A stretch of 64,000 nucleotides of DNA, taken from Candidatus Bathyarchaeia archaeon (GTDB lineage: Archaea > Thermoproteota > Bathyarchaeia > 40CM-2-53-6). Both the position numbers and the translations under genes were made by a program. How positions within the stretch are numbered: position 1 is the stretch's first letter; each line of letters begins with the position of its first letter. Below are positions 9,834 through 19,228 of this stretch, in pieces. Location of the stretch: NCBI GenBank assembly GCA_050013255.1, contig JBEKFP010000001.1:736001-800000 (forward strand). Reading direction: 5' to 3'. Below the pieces are notes generated by a model. It did no database searches, was not told the DNA's origin, and saw nothing but the letters and a program-made list of their open reading frames with translations.

Positions 9834-10385
9834 TTGAAAGTTGTTCTTGGTGTTACTGGTGCGTCAGGCGTTGTTTATGGCGTAAGCCTCGCATCAGAAT
9901 TAGCTAAGGCTGGAGCTGAGTTAACCATCATCGTATCGGACGCCGCGAAACAGGTTCTAGCAGCTGAGACACGGGACGGGTTGAAACGGTTGGAGGGCCA
10001 CGGTAGGCTGCTAACGGAACATGACATCGACGCTGATATCTCCTCAGGGTCAGCGAAGACAGATGCGGTCGTCGTCTGCCCCTGCTCCATGAAGACCCTT
10101 GCCGCCATCGCCAACGGGTACGCGTACAACTTGATTTGCCGAACGGCGGACGTGGCGATTAAGGAACAGCGTAGGTTGGTTCTTGTTGTGCGGGAGATGC
10201 CGCTCAGTGCGATTCACTTGGAGAATATGCTGAAGCTTGCGAGGTTGGGCGCAGTGATTCTACCCGCCAGCCCCGGTTTCTACCATGAACCCAAAACAGT
10301 GAACGACATGGTGGGCCATGTGGTAGGGAAGGTGTTGGATGTGCTGGGCGTCGAGTCGGAGCTTTACAAGAGATGGGCGGGTTGA
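9834..10385 (+). CDS. ubiX: Flavin prenyltransferase UbiX
   Basis: VVLGVTGASG, SSGS, PCSMKTLAAIA.G, RE.PLS.IHLENM, PGFYH; likely TTG start at 9834 (ORF track starts 9804). Confidence 0.95.
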   Translation: MKVVLGVTGASGVVYGVSLASELAKAGAELTIIVSDAAKQVLAAETRDGLKRLEGHGRLLTEHDIDADISSGSAKTDAVVVCPCSMKTLAAIANGYAYNLICRTADVAIKEQRRLVLVVREMPLSAIHLENMLKLARLGAVILPASPGFYHEPKTVNDMVGHVVGKVLDVLGVESELYKRWAG

Positions 10386-11674
10386 GCTTCAGAAAATGGG
10401 TTGAAAAGCTTAGGGCCAACGGGAAACTGACCGAAGCCAAGAAACCCCTCTCAAGCCACCTCGAAGCCGCAGCCTTCATCAAAGCCCTAGAACCGAAACC
10501 AACCCTACTCCACGTGCAGGACTGTGAAATTCCTGTTGCCGCGAACATTTGCGCCTCCCGCAGCCTCATAGCCGAATACCTGAACATTCAACCCAGCCAA
10601 ATTGTTGCAAAGCTGCTCGCAGCCATTGAACATCCAACTAAGCCGCAACGGATCGACAACCCCTCTTGTTTCGAAGTTTCTGAAAAGCAGGTGGACTTGA
10701 ACCGGTTACCGCTTCTCCTACACGCGGAGAAGGATGGGGGCAAGTACATCAGCTCGGCAGTTATTATCGCCCGCCACCCTGAACTCGGCCAGAACGTCAG
10801 CTTCCACCGCCTCATGCAGATTGGCAAAGATGAATTGGCGATAAGGATCGTTCCGCGGCACCTGCACACTTTTCTAGAGAAAAGCAAAGGCGACCTCCCG
10901 ATTGCAATCTGCATTGGAAACGCGCCGAACGTTCTCTTGGCAGGAGCCTGCTCCGTCGAATTGGGGAGGGATGAACTTGAGATCGCAAATAGCCTCGAAC
11001 CGTTACGGGTCGTCAAGTGCGCTGAAGCAAACTGTTACGTCCCAGCGGAAGCTGAATTCGTGCTCGTTGGGAGGATTACTGACAAGGTGCATGAGGAAGG
11101 CCCCTTCATCGACCTAACCGAAACCTACGACCTAGTTCGCTCACAACACGTCGTGAAAGTAGACCGCCTATACCACCGTGAACGGCCAATTTACCACGCA
11201 CTAGTCCCCGGCGGCCTAGAACATAAGATGCTGATGGGCACGCCACGCGAACCCACAATCTACCGGGAGGTTTCCAAAGTATGTGACTGCGCCGATGTGT
11301 TCATCACGCCCGGGGGCGCGTCGTGGCTCCACGCGATTGTGAAGATACGGAAGAGGCGGGAGGATGATGGGCGGATGGCGATTGAGGCAGCCTTTCGAGG
11401 CCACGCCTCCCTGAAGCACGTGCTGATCGTTGATGAAGACATCGACCCCACCGACCCGATGGATTTAGAATGGGCCTTTGCAACACGTTTCCAGGGCGAC
11501 CGCGGACTCGTAATCAAGGCTGGAGAAACAGGGTCGTCCCTAGACCCCTCAGCGGACCCAGAAACTAGGAGGACAACAAAGGTTGGTTTCGATGCGACGA
11601 AACCGCTTGAAGTGAAGGGCAAGAATTTCGAGAAAGCTAAGTTTCCTGAAGTGGATTGGAGAAAATTCACCTAG
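10373..11674 (+). CDS. UbiD-family prFMN decarboxylase, probably trans-anhydromevalonate-5-phosphate decarboxylase
   Basis: DGGKYI, SFHRL, EGPF, VDEDIDP, WAFATRFQ, SSLDPS, KVGFDATKP; flanked by ubiX and AcnX subunits; start may be TTG 10382. Confidence 0.88.
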   Translation: MGGLSFRKWVEKLRANGKLTEAKKPLSSHLEAAAFIKALEPKPTLLHVQDCEIPVAANICASRSLIAEYLNIQPSQIVAKLLAAIEHPTKPQRIDNPSCFEVSEKQVDLNRLPLLLHAEKDGGKYISSAVIIARHPELGQNVSFHRLMQIGKDELAIRIVPRHLHTFLEKSKGDLPIAICIGNAPNVLLAGACSVELGRDELEIANSLEPLRVVKCAEANCYVPAEAEFVLVGRITDKVHEEGPFIDLTETYDLVRSQHVVKVDRLYHRERPIYHALVPGGLEHKMLMGTPREPTIYREVSKVCDCADVFITPGGASWLHAIVKIRKRREDDGRMAIEAAFRGHASLKHVLIVDEDIDPTDPMDLEWAFATRFQGDRGLVIKAGETGSSLDPSADPETRRTTKVGFDATKPLEVKGKNFEKAKFPEVDWRKFT

Positions 11675-11689
11675 CGAGCCGGAAACACG

Positions 11690-12880
11690 ATGCACCTAAC
11701 CAACCAAGAGGAGAAGATGCTTGCGGGAGAGGCAGGGTTCGCGGTACAGAAGAGCATGCAGATCCTTACGGCGTTGGGCGAAATATTTGGCGCCGACAAG
11801 ATGATTCCGATTTCCTCGGTGCAAGTCGCTGGCGTGTCATACTACAACCTCGGCGACGCAGGCCTAGAATACTTAGAAAATTTAGCCGGTAAAGGCGCGA
11901 AGGCTAGGGTGAAGACGACGTTGAACCCTGCTGGCATGGATTTGGAGAATTGGCGTGAACTCGGAATCGACGAGGAGTTCGCGGGGAAGCAAGAACGAGT
12001 GATCCGGGCTTTTATGAAAATGGGGGTAACCCCTTCTTGCACTTGCACCCCATACCTCGTTGGTAACGAGCCTGGCCGCGGGGACCACATTGCGTGGAGT
12101 GAATCTTCCGCTGTCACCTACGCCAACTCAATCCTCGGCGCATTGACGAATCGCGAAGGGGGACCGAGCGCGCTAGCCGCGGCGATTACTGGGCGGACGC
12201 CTTGCTACGGCATGCACATTGAAGAAAACCGCAAGCCCCAAGTCCACGTCAAAGTCGACGCCAAGTTGGCCGCCGTCCCAGATTTTGGAGCCCTCGGCTA
12301 CGTCGTCGGGAAGAAGATTGGACCGAAGATTCCATTGTTCGAAGGAATCGAAGGCGCGCATGTTGAGCAACTCAAGAGTTTGTGCGCCTCTATAGCGACC
12401 TACGGTGGGACAGCCCTCTTCCACACCCACGACGCAACCTACCACCAAGAGGAAGCACCCACGGAAGTCCTCACAATCACGCGGGCCGACATCGAAGGAG
12501 CGCTTCGTGCACTGAATGATGAAACAGCGGAGGTTGACTTCGTCGCGCTCGGATGCCCCCACTGCACATTAGATGAGATCAAAACAATCGCAGGCCTCCT
12601 AGAGGGTAGGAAGGTGACAAGGGAGTTTTGGATTTGCACAGCCAGGCAGACCATGAAGGAAGCGGAGAAGATTGGTTATGCGCAGAAAGTTCGCGCGGCC
12701 GGAGCGAAATTTGCATGCGACACATGCATGGCCGTAGCACCACTCAAAGGGCGTTTCAGCGTTCTAGCCACCGACTCCGCGAAGGCATGCTACTATGGGC
12801 GTGGTACGAACGATTTCAAAACCCACATCGGAAGCGTCGAGGAGTGTGTTAATGCGGCGGTGACGGGAAAATGGAGTTAG
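11690..12880 (+). CDS. Aconitase X catalytic subunit (phosphomevalonate dehydratase large subunit, DUF521)
   Basis: TTLNPAGMD, CTCTPY, WSESSAV.YANS.LGA.TNREGGPSAL, GCPH, DTCM, TDSAK. Confidence 0.92.
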   Translation: MHLTNQEEKMLAGEAGFAVQKSMQILTALGEIFGADKMIPISSVQVAGVSYYNLGDAGLEYLENLAGKGAKARVKTTLNPAGMDLENWRELGIDEEFAGKQERVIRAFMKMGVTPSCTCTPYLVGNEPGRGDHIAWSESSAVTYANSILGALTNREGGPSALAAAITGRTPCYGMHIEENRKPQVHVKVDAKLAAVPDFGALGYVVGKKIGPKIPLFEGIEGAHVEQLKSLCASIATYGGTALFHTHDATYHQEEAPTEVLTITRADIEGALRALNDETAEVDFVALGCPHCTLDEIKTIAGLLEGRKVTREFWICTARQTMKEAEKIGYAQKVRAAGAKFACDTCMAVAPLKGRFSVLATDSAKACYYGRGTNDFKTHIGSVEECVNAAVTGKWS

Positions 12881-13275
12881 TGCGGGGCAGAAAAATATCA
12901 GGCGGAACGGCGGAAGGCCTAGCACTCGTCTCGCATGAAGCCATTTCGTTCTTCGGAGGAGTCAACCCGGATACGGGGGTAATTACGGAGAAGGGGCATG
13001 AACTTGAAGGGACAACGATGAAGGACCGAGTGCTCGTCTTCCCCAACGGAAAGGGGTCCACGGTTGGATCCTACACCTTGTACAGAATGAAGAGAAATGG
13101 TGTTGCCCCTCGGGCCATCATAAACGTGGAATGCGAACCTATCGTCGCAGTTGGCGCAATCATATCCGAAATTCCCACCGTCGACAGGTTGGAGAGAGAC
13201 CCGTTGACTCTCTTTCAGAGCGGGAGGAGGCTCAAGGTTGACGCTGACAGGTCGGTTGTAGAAGTCTCGGATTGA
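12871..13275 (+). CDS. Aconitase X swivel subunit (phosphomevalonate dehydratase small subunit, DUF126)
   Basis: ISFFGGVNP.TG, GKGSTVGSY, EPIVAVGAII. Confidence 0.92.
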   Translation: MELVRGRKISGGTAEGLALVSHEAISFFGGVNPDTGVITEKGHELEGTTMKDRVLVFPNGKGSTVGSYTLYRMKRNGVAPRAIINVECEPIVAVGAIISEIPTVDRLERDPLTLFQSGRRLKVDADRSVVEVSD

Positions 13276-13566
13276 AGGTTCATGCCTGAAGCAGCATTTC
13301 CCCTTCATCTCTCCCTGGAAGTAGCTATATTCAGTAATGTTTCGTAGGTAATCTATGCAAACACAGGTTTTAGTTTCCAAAGCATGAACTTCCCGTGGTT
13401 TAGATGGACCTACAAGATCGTGAATGTTCCGGAGACCGCTGCCCACAGTGCACAATGTGCGGAGCTCTACCCTACCAAGCCTGTGCCCATTGCTCCATCG
13501 AAATGATGAATGCCTGTTTAAGCAACGGTTAGTTCATTGGCCTGTGCAATGTTCTGAGGCTGTGTT

Positions 13567-15477
13567 TTGTCGAAGACTGAGAGTTCTAGGATTGTGTACC
13601 CCCCTAAATTGAAGCGGATGCTCACCCGAGCTTTAGACGACCCGGAAGGGTTTTGGGGGGAAATTGCTTCCGAGCTTCACTGGTTCCAACGTTGGGATAA
13701 TGTCTTCAAATGGGATTTCCCGAATTTTTCATGGTTCAACGGCGGAGTCACGAACCTAGCCTACAACTGCCTAGAAAGAAACATTGAGCTAGGCAGAGGG
13801 AACAAACTTGCCATAATTTGGGAGAACGGAGAAGGCCTTCCAAGACGAACCTTCACGTACAGTGAACTTCTGGCCGAAGTGAAGAGGTTTGCAGCAGCCC
13901 TGAAATCACTCGGCGTCAAGCACGGCGACCGAGTCACCATCTACATGCCCATGGTCCCCGAAGCAGCAATAGCAATGCTTGCATGCACCCGAATCGGGGC
14001 CATTCACTCCGTCGTTTTCGGAGGATTTGGATTTGGAGCGTTAGCGGACAGGATCGAGGATGCGGAATCAAGACTCGTGGTTACTGCGGATGTGAGCTAC
14101 AGGAGAGGGAGCGTTGTCAAACTCAAGGAAGTTGTAGATGAAGCTCTCAAGTCACGCCAAAGCAAAGTCGGAAAAGTCGTCGTGTTGAAGCGCGGCGAAA
14201 AATCACCACCGATGACGCCTGGAAGAGACCTGTTCTGGGACGAAGCGCTAGAGAAAGGCCGAGATGCTAACGCTGAGGTTGAAAGGATGCGGGCGGATGA
14301 ACCCGCATTTATACTTCACACATCGGGAACCATGGCCAAACCCAAGGGCACCGTTCAACCGCATGGTAGCTACCAAGTCTACATTTACGCGATGGGCAAA
14401 TGGGTCTATGATATGCGGGAGCACGATGTCTGGTGGTCCACGTCGGACGTAGGTTGGATTGTGGGCCACAGCTACGTCGTCTACGGCCCCCTCCTCTTCG
14501 GCTGCACTACGATAATGTACGAAGGGCTTCCGGACCATCCTACCCCAGATATATGGTGGCAACTCCTCGAGAGGAATAAAGTAAGTAAGCTTTGGATTTC
14601 CCCCACCGGCGTACGTGCCCTAATGAAATACGGCGACGAGTACCCCAAGAAGCACGACCTGAACTCGCTAGGGCTGGTAGTCTGTGCAGGTGAAGTTTTG
14701 AACCCACCCGCGTGGGAATGGCTCCAAAAGAAAGTTCTCCATGACAGGATTCCCGTCGTCGACCATATGTGGCAAACTGAAACAAGCGGGCCCATAGTTG
14801 GTAACCCGATCGGAATCTCGCCTTTGCCAATAAAACCGGGTTCAGCAACAATTCCTCTTCCTGGAATCGACGCGGACATCGTAGATGAGGGAGGGAAACC
14901 TGTGGCAGTGGGCGTTGAAGGAACCTTTGTCATCAAGAGGCCGTTTCCGGGTTTGACACCGACACTCTGGCGCGATCATGAGCGGTACGTTGAGAACTAT
15001 TGGAACAAGTTTCCAGGCGTCTATACAAGCGGGGACGCAGCCCTGAAGGACGAGGACGGATACATCTGGTTCCTCGGCAGGGTAGATGAAGTAATCAAGA
15101 TCTCAGCACACAGAATTGGGACCATCGAGATTGAGAGCGCTTTACTTCAACATCCAACCGTCGCGGAAACAGCAGTTGTCGGCCGACCAGATCAACTGAG
15201 GGGGGAGACTGCGTGCGCATTTGTTGTTTTGAAAAGTGGAGTCGAACCGAGCGACGACTTGAAGCAGGCGTTGAGAGAATCCGTGAGGAAGACAATGGGC
15301 CCAATCGTAATCATAAGTGACATACACTTTGTGAGCAAACTACCCAAAACGAGAAGTGGCAAAATAATGCGTAGGCTCATCAGGTCGATTCTAATGGACA
15401 AGCCACTGGGTGACTTTTCGACGATCGAGGATGACAGCGCAATAGAAGAGCTAACCAGAACCGTGCATCAAGCGTGA
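13567..15477 (+). CDS. acs: Acetyl-CoA synthetase-like (AMP-forming) acyl-CoA ligase
   Basis: IGAIHSVVFGGF, HTSGTMAKPKG, DHMWQTETSG, GRVDEVIK, LPKTRSGKIMRR. Confidence 0.88.
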   Translation: MSKTESSRIVYPPKLKRMLTRALDDPEGFWGEIASELHWFQRWDNVFKWDFPNFSWFNGGVTNLAYNCLERNIELGRGNKLAIIWENGEGLPRRTFTYSELLAEVKRFAAALKSLGVKHGDRVTIYMPMVPEAAIAMLACTRIGAIHSVVFGGFGFGALADRIEDAESRLVVTADVSYRRGSVVKLKEVVDEALKSRQSKVGKVVVLKRGEKSPPMTPGRDLFWDEALEKGRDANAEVERMRADEPAFILHTSGTMAKPKGTVQPHGSYQVYIYAMGKWVYDMREHDVWWSTSDVGWIVGHSYVVYGPLLFGCTTIMYEGLPDHPTPDIWWQLLERNKVSKLWISPTGVRALMKYGDEYPKKHDLNSLGLVVCAGEVLNPPAWEWLQKKVLHDRIPVVDHMWQTETSGPIVGNPIGISPLPIKPGSATIPLPGIDADIVDEGGKPVAVGVEGTFVIKRPFPGLTPTLWRDHERYVENYWNKFPGVYTSGDAALKDEDGYIWFLGRVDEVIKISAHRIGTIEIESALLQHPTVAETAVVGRPDQLRGETACAFVVLKSGVEPSDDLKQALRESVRKTMGPIVIISDIHFVSKLPKTRSGKIMRRLIRSILMDKPLGDFSTIEDDSAIEELTRTVHQA

Positions 15478-15505
15478 AGATTTCCTGACGCTTGGTTCGA
15501 AGTAG

Positions 15506-16609
15506 TCAAAGGATTGTTGCTGTCGATACGGAGTAGATTGGCGGCAACCATTGTGCCATCAACCGCCAAGCCTTGCCCTCATCGGTGCTGTGGAACAGGT
15601 GCCCCATGCGGGTGCCGACATACACGCCTGCCGGGTCCAGCTGATCGGTGGCCATGCCCTCTCGGTAGCAGCCTATGTACGCGTTTTGGTTCGGCAACCC
15701 CTTGATCCGTTTCTTCCATGATCTGCCGGCGTTCCCAGTTTCGTATACTGCGAATTCCTTGTTAGCGGCGACGCGGAAGAAATCCCCCTGCTCTGGAACA
15801 ACATAGAACCTTTCCGAATCGTGCGGGTGAACCGCCATCGGGAAACCGAACCCGCTTGGCAACCCCTCTGAGATTTCAACCCAATTTTCAGCAGCGTCCT
15901 CCGACCGGTAGACGCCGCAATGGTTCTGCTGGTAGAGATTGCTGGGTTTGTTTGGGTCCATGACGAGCTTATGTACACACTGGCCGAACTCTGGGTACTT
16001 TTCGGGGTGAAAGTCTGCGCGCACATTCCTGTTCTTCACATCCCAAGTTTGGCCTGCATCTTCTGATTTGAAGACGCCAACCGATGAAATCCCAACGTAC
16101 ATTCGCTTGTTATGGGACGGGTCGAGGACGATTGAGTGGAGGCAGAGGCCACCTGCGCCGGGTTGCCATTTCGGGCGAGTAGGATGGCTGTTTAGGTTCT
16201 CGTTGAGTTTCCAATTATCGCCTCCGTCATCGCTGCGGAACAGAGCGGCGGGTGCAGTGCCCGCGTAGACTACGTTAGGTTCGTCAGCGAGGCCCGGCTC
16301 CACATGCCAAACATTTTCAACTTTCATTTCAGAGCCTTCAGCGAACCTTGGGGGCGTCGTTGCGTTCTCCCAGGTCTTACCCATGTCCCTGCTCCTCTGC
16401 ACGGTCGGGCCGAAGTGGCCGCTGTTGACCGCGGCGTAGATTGTCCTTCCATCACGCTTGTCGAAGGCCATGTGGAAGACTGGGGAGCTCTCAAAGAATG
16501 GTCCCTTCATCTTCCATGCTCGTCTGCGTGAATCAGACTGAAGAATGAATCCTCCTTTCCTAGTTCCGAGCAGAACATGTACAGCTGTTCTACTTTTCTT
16601 GCGTGCCAT
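15506..16609 (-). CDS. BNR/Asp-box beta-propeller protein (WD40/YVTN/BNR-like), no signal peptide
   Basis: Repeated S.D.G.(T/N)W Asp-boxes; GGLCLHSI, PEFGQCVHK, QQNHCGVYRS motifs. Confidence 0.85.
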   Translation of the reverse strand: MARKKSRTAVHVLLGTRKGGFILQSDSRRRAWKMKGPFFESSPVFHMAFDKRDGRTIYAAVNSGHFGPTVQRSRDMGKTWENATTPPRFAEGSEMKVENVWHVEPGLADEPNVVYAGTAPAALFRSDDGGDNWKLNENLNSHPTRPKWQPGAGGLCLHSIVLDPSHNKRMYVGISSVGVFKSEDAGQTWDVKNRNVRADFHPEKYPEFGQCVHKLVMDPNKPSNLYQQNHCGVYRSEDAAENWVEISEGLPSGFGFPMAVHPHDSERFYVVPEQGDFFRVAANKEFAVYETGNAGRSWKKRIKGLPNQNAYIGCYREGMATDQLDPAGVYVGTRMGHLFHSTDEGKAWRLMAQWLPPIYSVSTATIL

Positions 16610-16618
16610 TGTAATCCG

Positions 16619-16909
16619 TCAACCCCCAGCTACGGCTGGTATGATATGCACCCGATCTCCATCTTTGAGCTTTGTCGTCAAACCTTCGCCTGAGCGAATG
16701 TCATGCTCATTCACGAATATGTTAACGTACCTTCTCACACCCTTTCCCTCGTCGACGATGAAAGCCCTCAGGCCTGGAAAGAGACCGTCGAGCTTCAGGA
16801 GTAGCTCATCAACGGTGGAAGCATTCAACCCCACCTCTGACTTGTCTTGGGTATACTGGCGCAGGGCGTGTGGAATACTTATGGTGACCTGCAACGGGAC
16901 CCGCAGCAA
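16619..16909 (-). CDS. MoaD/ThiS/SAMP ubiquitin-like protein
   Basis: RRYVNIFVN, L.DGD.V.IIPAVAGG C-terminal di-glycine; real start probably MQVTISIP. Confidence 0.92.
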   Translation of the reverse strand: MLRVPLQVTISIPHALRQYTQDKSEVGLNASTVDELLLKLDGLFPGLRAFIVDEGKGVRRYVNIFVNEHDIRSGEGLTTKLKDGDRVHIIPAVAGG

Positions 16910-16968
16910 TTTCAGGTATCTCAGAGTACTTAAATTTCAACTGCGTTCGAAATGGTAACTGAAACGTG

Positions 16969-17949
16969 CTATGCTTTTCGGAGAACTTCTGGGTTAACGG
17001 GGTTTGGCGGCATTTCACCATTCAAGCCAGCAATTAGGTTGTCCACTGCCATCAACGCCATCTTAGTTCTAGTCGCTACTGAGGCACTTGCGATGTGAGG
17101 CGTGACAATCACATTGTCCAATGTCAGTAGGGGATGGTTCGTTGGGAGGGGTTCAGGTTCAGTAACATCGAGGGCTGCAAAAGCAATCTTGTTGTTGCGA
17201 AGCGCCTCATACAATGCCATGCTATCGACCAACTGCCCCCTGGCCGTATTGACTAGAACACAAGTCCGCTTCATCTTTCCCAGTTGTTCTTTGGCTATGA
17301 AGTGGTAGGTTTCGGGAGTTAGGTTTGCATGGAGGGATATGAAGTCAGATTCGGCGAGGATTCGGTCGAATTCCGTATATTCGATTCCTTGCGTGTTCTC
17401 GATTTCATTCCTGCGTGTTAGGTCATAGTACAGAACCTTCATGCCGAAACCTTTAGCGCGCCGTGCCACTGCGATTCCAATTCTGCCTAGACCGATGATT
17501 CCGAGTGTGGCGTTATGTATGTCCTGCCCGAGAAGAATCATTGGGCCCCAGGTTTTCCATCTTCCTGTTCTGACCTGTTTGTCTCCTTCCACGATGCGTC
17601 TCGCTGCGGTGGTCATGAGGGCTATGGTGAAGTCGGCGACAGTTTCTGTCAGGACGCCTGGCGTGTTGCCGATAACTATGCCGCGTTGAGTAGCGGCGAC
17701 AACATCAATATTGTCATAGCCAACCGCATAGTTGCTGATCACTCGCAACCTCAATGCCCGACCCAACAGTTCCGCGTCGATTTTGTCGGTGAGAAGGCAA
17801 AGCAAACCCTCAATGTCTCGAATGTTCTCAAGCAAGACCTCTCTTGGAGGTGGGCGTTCCTCTCCCCAAACCTTCGCGTCACAAGAAACGTTGATTCGAT
17901 CCATAGCCTCCTTAGGGAGGACTCTTGTTACGAAAACCCTAGGCTTCAT
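16969..17949 (-). CDS. gyaR: Glyoxylate/hydroxypyruvate reductase (D-2-hydroxyacid dehydrogenase)
   Basis: MKPRVFVTR, AVGYDNID, NTPGVL, GLGRIG, NTARG, LDV..PEP, PHIASAS; start trimmed to ATG 17949. Confidence 0.88.
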   Translation of the reverse strand: MKPRVFVTRVLPKEAMDRINVSCDAKVWGEERPPPREVLLENIRDIEGLLCLLTDKIDAELLGRALRLRVISNYAVGYDNIDVVAATQRGIVIGNTPGVLTETVADFTIALMTTAARRIVEGDKQVRTGRWKTWGPMILLGQDIHNATLGIIGLGRIGIAVARRAKGFGMKVLYYDLTRRNEIENTQGIEYTEFDRILAESDFISLHANLTPETYHFIAKEQLGKMKRTCVLVNTARGQLVDSMALYEALRNNKIAFAALDVTEPEPLPTNHPLLTLDNVIVTPHIASASVATRTKMALMAVDNLIAGLNGEMPPNPVNPEVLRKA

Positions 17950-17956
17950 TTGACGG

Positions 17957-19108
17957 CTAGACCTTAGCGAGCGCTTCATTGGCCGCCGAAACGCCTGACC
18001 CAGTTTGAAAAGCGTAGCCTTGTTTCGTGAGTGAACCTTCAATCGCGGAAAGGGTGGACAGAATATCGTTCTTGTTCACATTACCCATATGCCCAACCCT
18101 GAAGGCCTTATCCTTCAATTGGCCTAAACCGCCTGCTATCACAACACCATACTCCTCCGCCATCAGCTTGCGAAATTCAGCATCCCGCACCCCATTAGGA
18201 TAATGTGCGACAGTGAGAGTGTTTGATGCCGCAGAATCTTCGCAGAGCAACCTTAAGCCAATTGCCCTCAGCCCTGCGCGAAACGCCGATGCCAACTTCG
18301 CGTGGCGCGCGAACCTCTGTTCCAATCCTTCTGAAAGTATCATCTTACAGCTTTGATGAAGCGCGTACATCATGTTAACCGCGGGCGTTGCGAAATATTT
18401 CGTCGGGTCTTGGAGAACAGGCATCCATCGCTTGATATCGCCATAATAGAAAGTTGGAAGAGTCTTCCGTTTCTCCCTGGCCTCTAATGCCTTCGAACTG
18501 AAAGAAATAACCGTCATTCCAGGCGGGATGGCGAGAGCCTTCTGAGAGCCCGTAAAACACACGTCGACTCCCCAATTGTCGACTTGAACATCCATTCCAC
18601 CCATCGAACAGACCGCATCGAGAACGAAGAGTACACCCCGGAGTTTTGCGAGCCCACCAAGTTCTTCTGCGGGGTTTGCGACGCCCGTGGACGTATCCAC
18701 ATGAACCGCGAGCAGAGCCTTGTATGAACTGCTCGAAAGTTTACGTTCAACATCTTCCTTCCTGACGGCGGAACCCCATGAAAGTTCAAGCCTATCCACT
18801 CTTGCCCCTAGGGTGGTGGCCACTTCTGCAAGCCTATCCCCGAAGTATCCACCGGATATAGCGAGAACTTTGTCGCCTGGCTCAAGTATGTTCGCGAGGG
18901 CGACTTCAGCGCCAAGAGTTCCTGACCCAGCCAAGGGAAGAATCAGACCCTTAGTTTTGAAGATGCGGCCAAGGTCCAAGATAGTTTCCTTGGCGATGTT
19001 GGCAAATGATGTACTAGTATGCGAGGCCGTGGGGCGAGCCATAGACCGAAGTACGATGGGGTCCACGTTTGTAGGCCCCGGAATCATCAGTAGGTCCCGT
19101 TCGTTCAT
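17957..19108 (-). CDS. Alanine-glyoxylate/serine-pyruvate aminotransferase (class V PLP)
   Basis: LMIPGPT, HVDTSTGV, DAVCS, TGSQKAL..PPG, FRVGHMG. Confidence 0.92.
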   Translation of the reverse strand: MNERDLLMIPGPTNVDPIVLRSMARPTASHTSTSFANIAKETILDLGRIFKTKGLILPLAGSGTLGAEVALANILEPGDKVLAISGGYFGDRLAEVATTLGARVDRLELSWGSAVRKEDVERKLSSSSYKALLAVHVDTSTGVANPAEELGGLAKLRGVLFVLDAVCSMGGMDVQVDNWGVDVCFTGSQKALAIPPGMTVISFSSKALEAREKRKTLPTFYYGDIKRWMPVLQDPTKYFATPAVNMMYALHQSCKMILSEGLEQRFARHAKLASAFRAGLRAIGLRLLCEDSAASNTLTVAHYPNGVRDAEFRKLMAEEYGVVIAGGLGQLKDKAFRVGHMGNVNKNDILSTLSAIEGSLTKQGYAFQTGSGVSAANEALAKV

Positions 19109-19228
19109 TCTACGAAACCCTCGGGGGCGAGGGCGAGCATAGTGCGATTAAGCTTTTCCGCTTCTCTTTAGGGTCCGTGTTCCTAGAAGTTATCTTAGAG
19201 GCTTTAGAAACTATAAGCCTGAGTCGCC

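Noticed and set aside
9834-11674. Aromatic-acid (lignin monomer) decarboxylase system
   Set aside because: Tight linkage to both aconitase X subunits favours the mevalonate-pathway assignment
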